A DNA stretch of 64,000 bases, from contig NW_019029003.1 of the NCBI RefSeq assembly GCF_002105155.1, positions 372,001 through 436,000 on the forward strand, in the 5' to 3' direction. This DNA comes from Lobosporangium transversale. Its lineage: Eukaryota. Shown piece by piece: positions 62,550-64,000 of this stretch (its first letter is position 1; the number at the start of each line of letters is the position of its first letter). A model generated the notes under the pieces. The model was not told the DNA's origin. It saw only the letters and a list, made by a program, of their open reading frames with translations, and did not search any database. Both the position numbers and the translations under genes were made by a program.

Positions 62550-64000
62550 GTATTGTTCTTAATTTAAACAGAAGAGGTATCAAGAAGAAAAGTGGAAAGG
62601 AAGAGCGATTTTATCTAAACGATAGTTTCTCTGCATGACTTCTTGGGCATCATATCATTTAGCTACATCACTGGCCTCTAATACAGGTCTGTCCAATAGG
62701 GATAGTGTTAGTCTCAAGGAGAATGCGAATGGTCGTCGCCCGCTCTTCCAAGCTCATTTGACTTATTCAGATTTTCATTCACTTCTGACAAAACAGAAGC
62801 ACAAATATGTTCAAGGCGTCCTCAGAATCAACAAACGTAACCGTTCAGATGCTTATGTCACAGTTGATTCTCTGCCAGAAGGCGATGTTTACATTTGTGG
62901 AAGTAAGGACAGGAACCGTGCATTGGAAGGAGATGTTGTTGGTATTGAGCTTATCGATTTTGAGGACGTGCCTATCCAAAAACTAGAAGGCGGAAAGGAC
63001 AAAAAGAAGAACAAGCGTGCAGAGGATGTAGAGGAAGCTGGTGAAGCCGACGTTGAAGATATCAAACCCAAATATTGCGGCCGTGTCGTTTCTATTGTTG
63101 AGCGCTCATTAGTCCAAATGTTTTCAGGGACTTTAACTTTACAACGACCAAGTGGATCAGCAAAGAAAAATGAACGTCGCCGTCTAGATGATGATGATTC
63201 GAAGGGCCAACCCCGAATTGTCTGGTTCAAACCTGTATGATTATATCTTTTACGAATAAGATATTTATTATTTATTTTGCTGTTATTTACTCTTTTTTAG
63301 TTTCAGATAATTGATGGATATCTTCTTTCGATTTTCTATATCTGATTTCTCTAGACCGATAAGCGCGTGCCCTTAATTGCTATTCCTATTGATCAAGCCC
63401 CCAGGGATTTTGTAGAGAATCATATGGCATATGCCCATAAGCTCTTTTTAGCTACAATCAAACGTTGGCCTCTTAGCTCACTTCATCCTTTTGGGCATCT
63501 TGAACGTGAGCTTGGCGATATTGGTAATATTGAGATCGAGACAGAAGCTTTGTTAGCGGATAACAACGTCACTACTACTGCATTTGGCGAAAAGGTTGAA
63601 AAATGTCTCCCTGAACTTCCATGGGTTATTCCGGAGAAGGAACTGAGTAACCGCCGTGACCTTCGGAAGAGTTGTACCTTCACAATTGACCCCGCCACCG
63701 CCAAGGATCTGGATGATGCAGTGTCCTGCATTCGCCTCGAGGATGGCACATTTGAAATTGGTGTCCACATTGCTGATGTTTCCCATTTCATCAAAGTTGG
63801 TTCTGCTTTAGACAGAGAAGCTAAAGCAAGAGCTACTACTGTTTACTTGGTTCAAAAGGCGATCCCAATGTTGCCGACCGTACTCTCGGAGGATCTTTGT
63901 AGTCTGACAGTAAATGTCGACAGGCTTACATTTTCAGTGTTCTGGATCATGACTGAGAGCGGTGAGATTCTCAAGACCTCATTTGCAAAGTCTGTCATTC
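60814..64000 (+). CDS. SSD1: SSD1/Sts5/Dis3L2-family RNB (RNase II) protein; 3' end runs off the window
   Basis: RRPLFQAHL, LRINKRNRSDAYV, DVYICGSKDRNRALEGDVVGIEL, PRIVWFKP|TDKRVPLIAIP, KRWPLSSLHPFG, RRDLR...FTIDPATAKDLDDAVS, IGVHIADVSHF, RATTVYLVQ...PMLP..LSEDLCSL. Confidence 0.88.

Overview
Eukaryotic (fungal) genomic DNA, gene-dense, with short GT-AG introns, CTAAC/CTGAC-type branch points and many poly(A)/(T) runs and microsatellites. The gene content and protein style suggest an early-diverging fungus, probably Mortierellaceae/Mucoromycota (inference). About 18 protein-coding genes are supported: LON-RING E3 ligase (partial), EH+2xSPRY protein, membrane hybrid histidine kinase, RPT6, SulP-STAS-cNMP transporter, CDC24, a secreted Cys-rich prepropeptide, a Mid2-like membrane protein, RPL6, a low-complexity hypothetical protein, an OB-fold/CCCH/methyltransferase, a bZIP factor, ERV29, RPC19, MTF1, CLF1, an RWD-like/CHY zinc-finger protein and an SSD1/Dis3L2-family nuclease (partial). 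The 32-37.4 kb stretch looks like an accessory island of decayed ORFs and a Harbinger relic. Top observations: (1) a spliced gene, missed by the ORF track, for a Kex2-processed 91-aa, 22-Cys, strongly cationic secreted peptide; (2) two unannotated, highly structured ~470-nt intergenic segments ending in T-runs (about 41680-42160 and 56880-57345) that look like large ncRNAs, the first with a speculative telomerase-RNA-like layout; (3) a GC-AG first intron in the splicing factor CLF1; (4) an Ssd1-like protein with an intact RNase II active site. All calls are by eye; no searches or folding programs were run.
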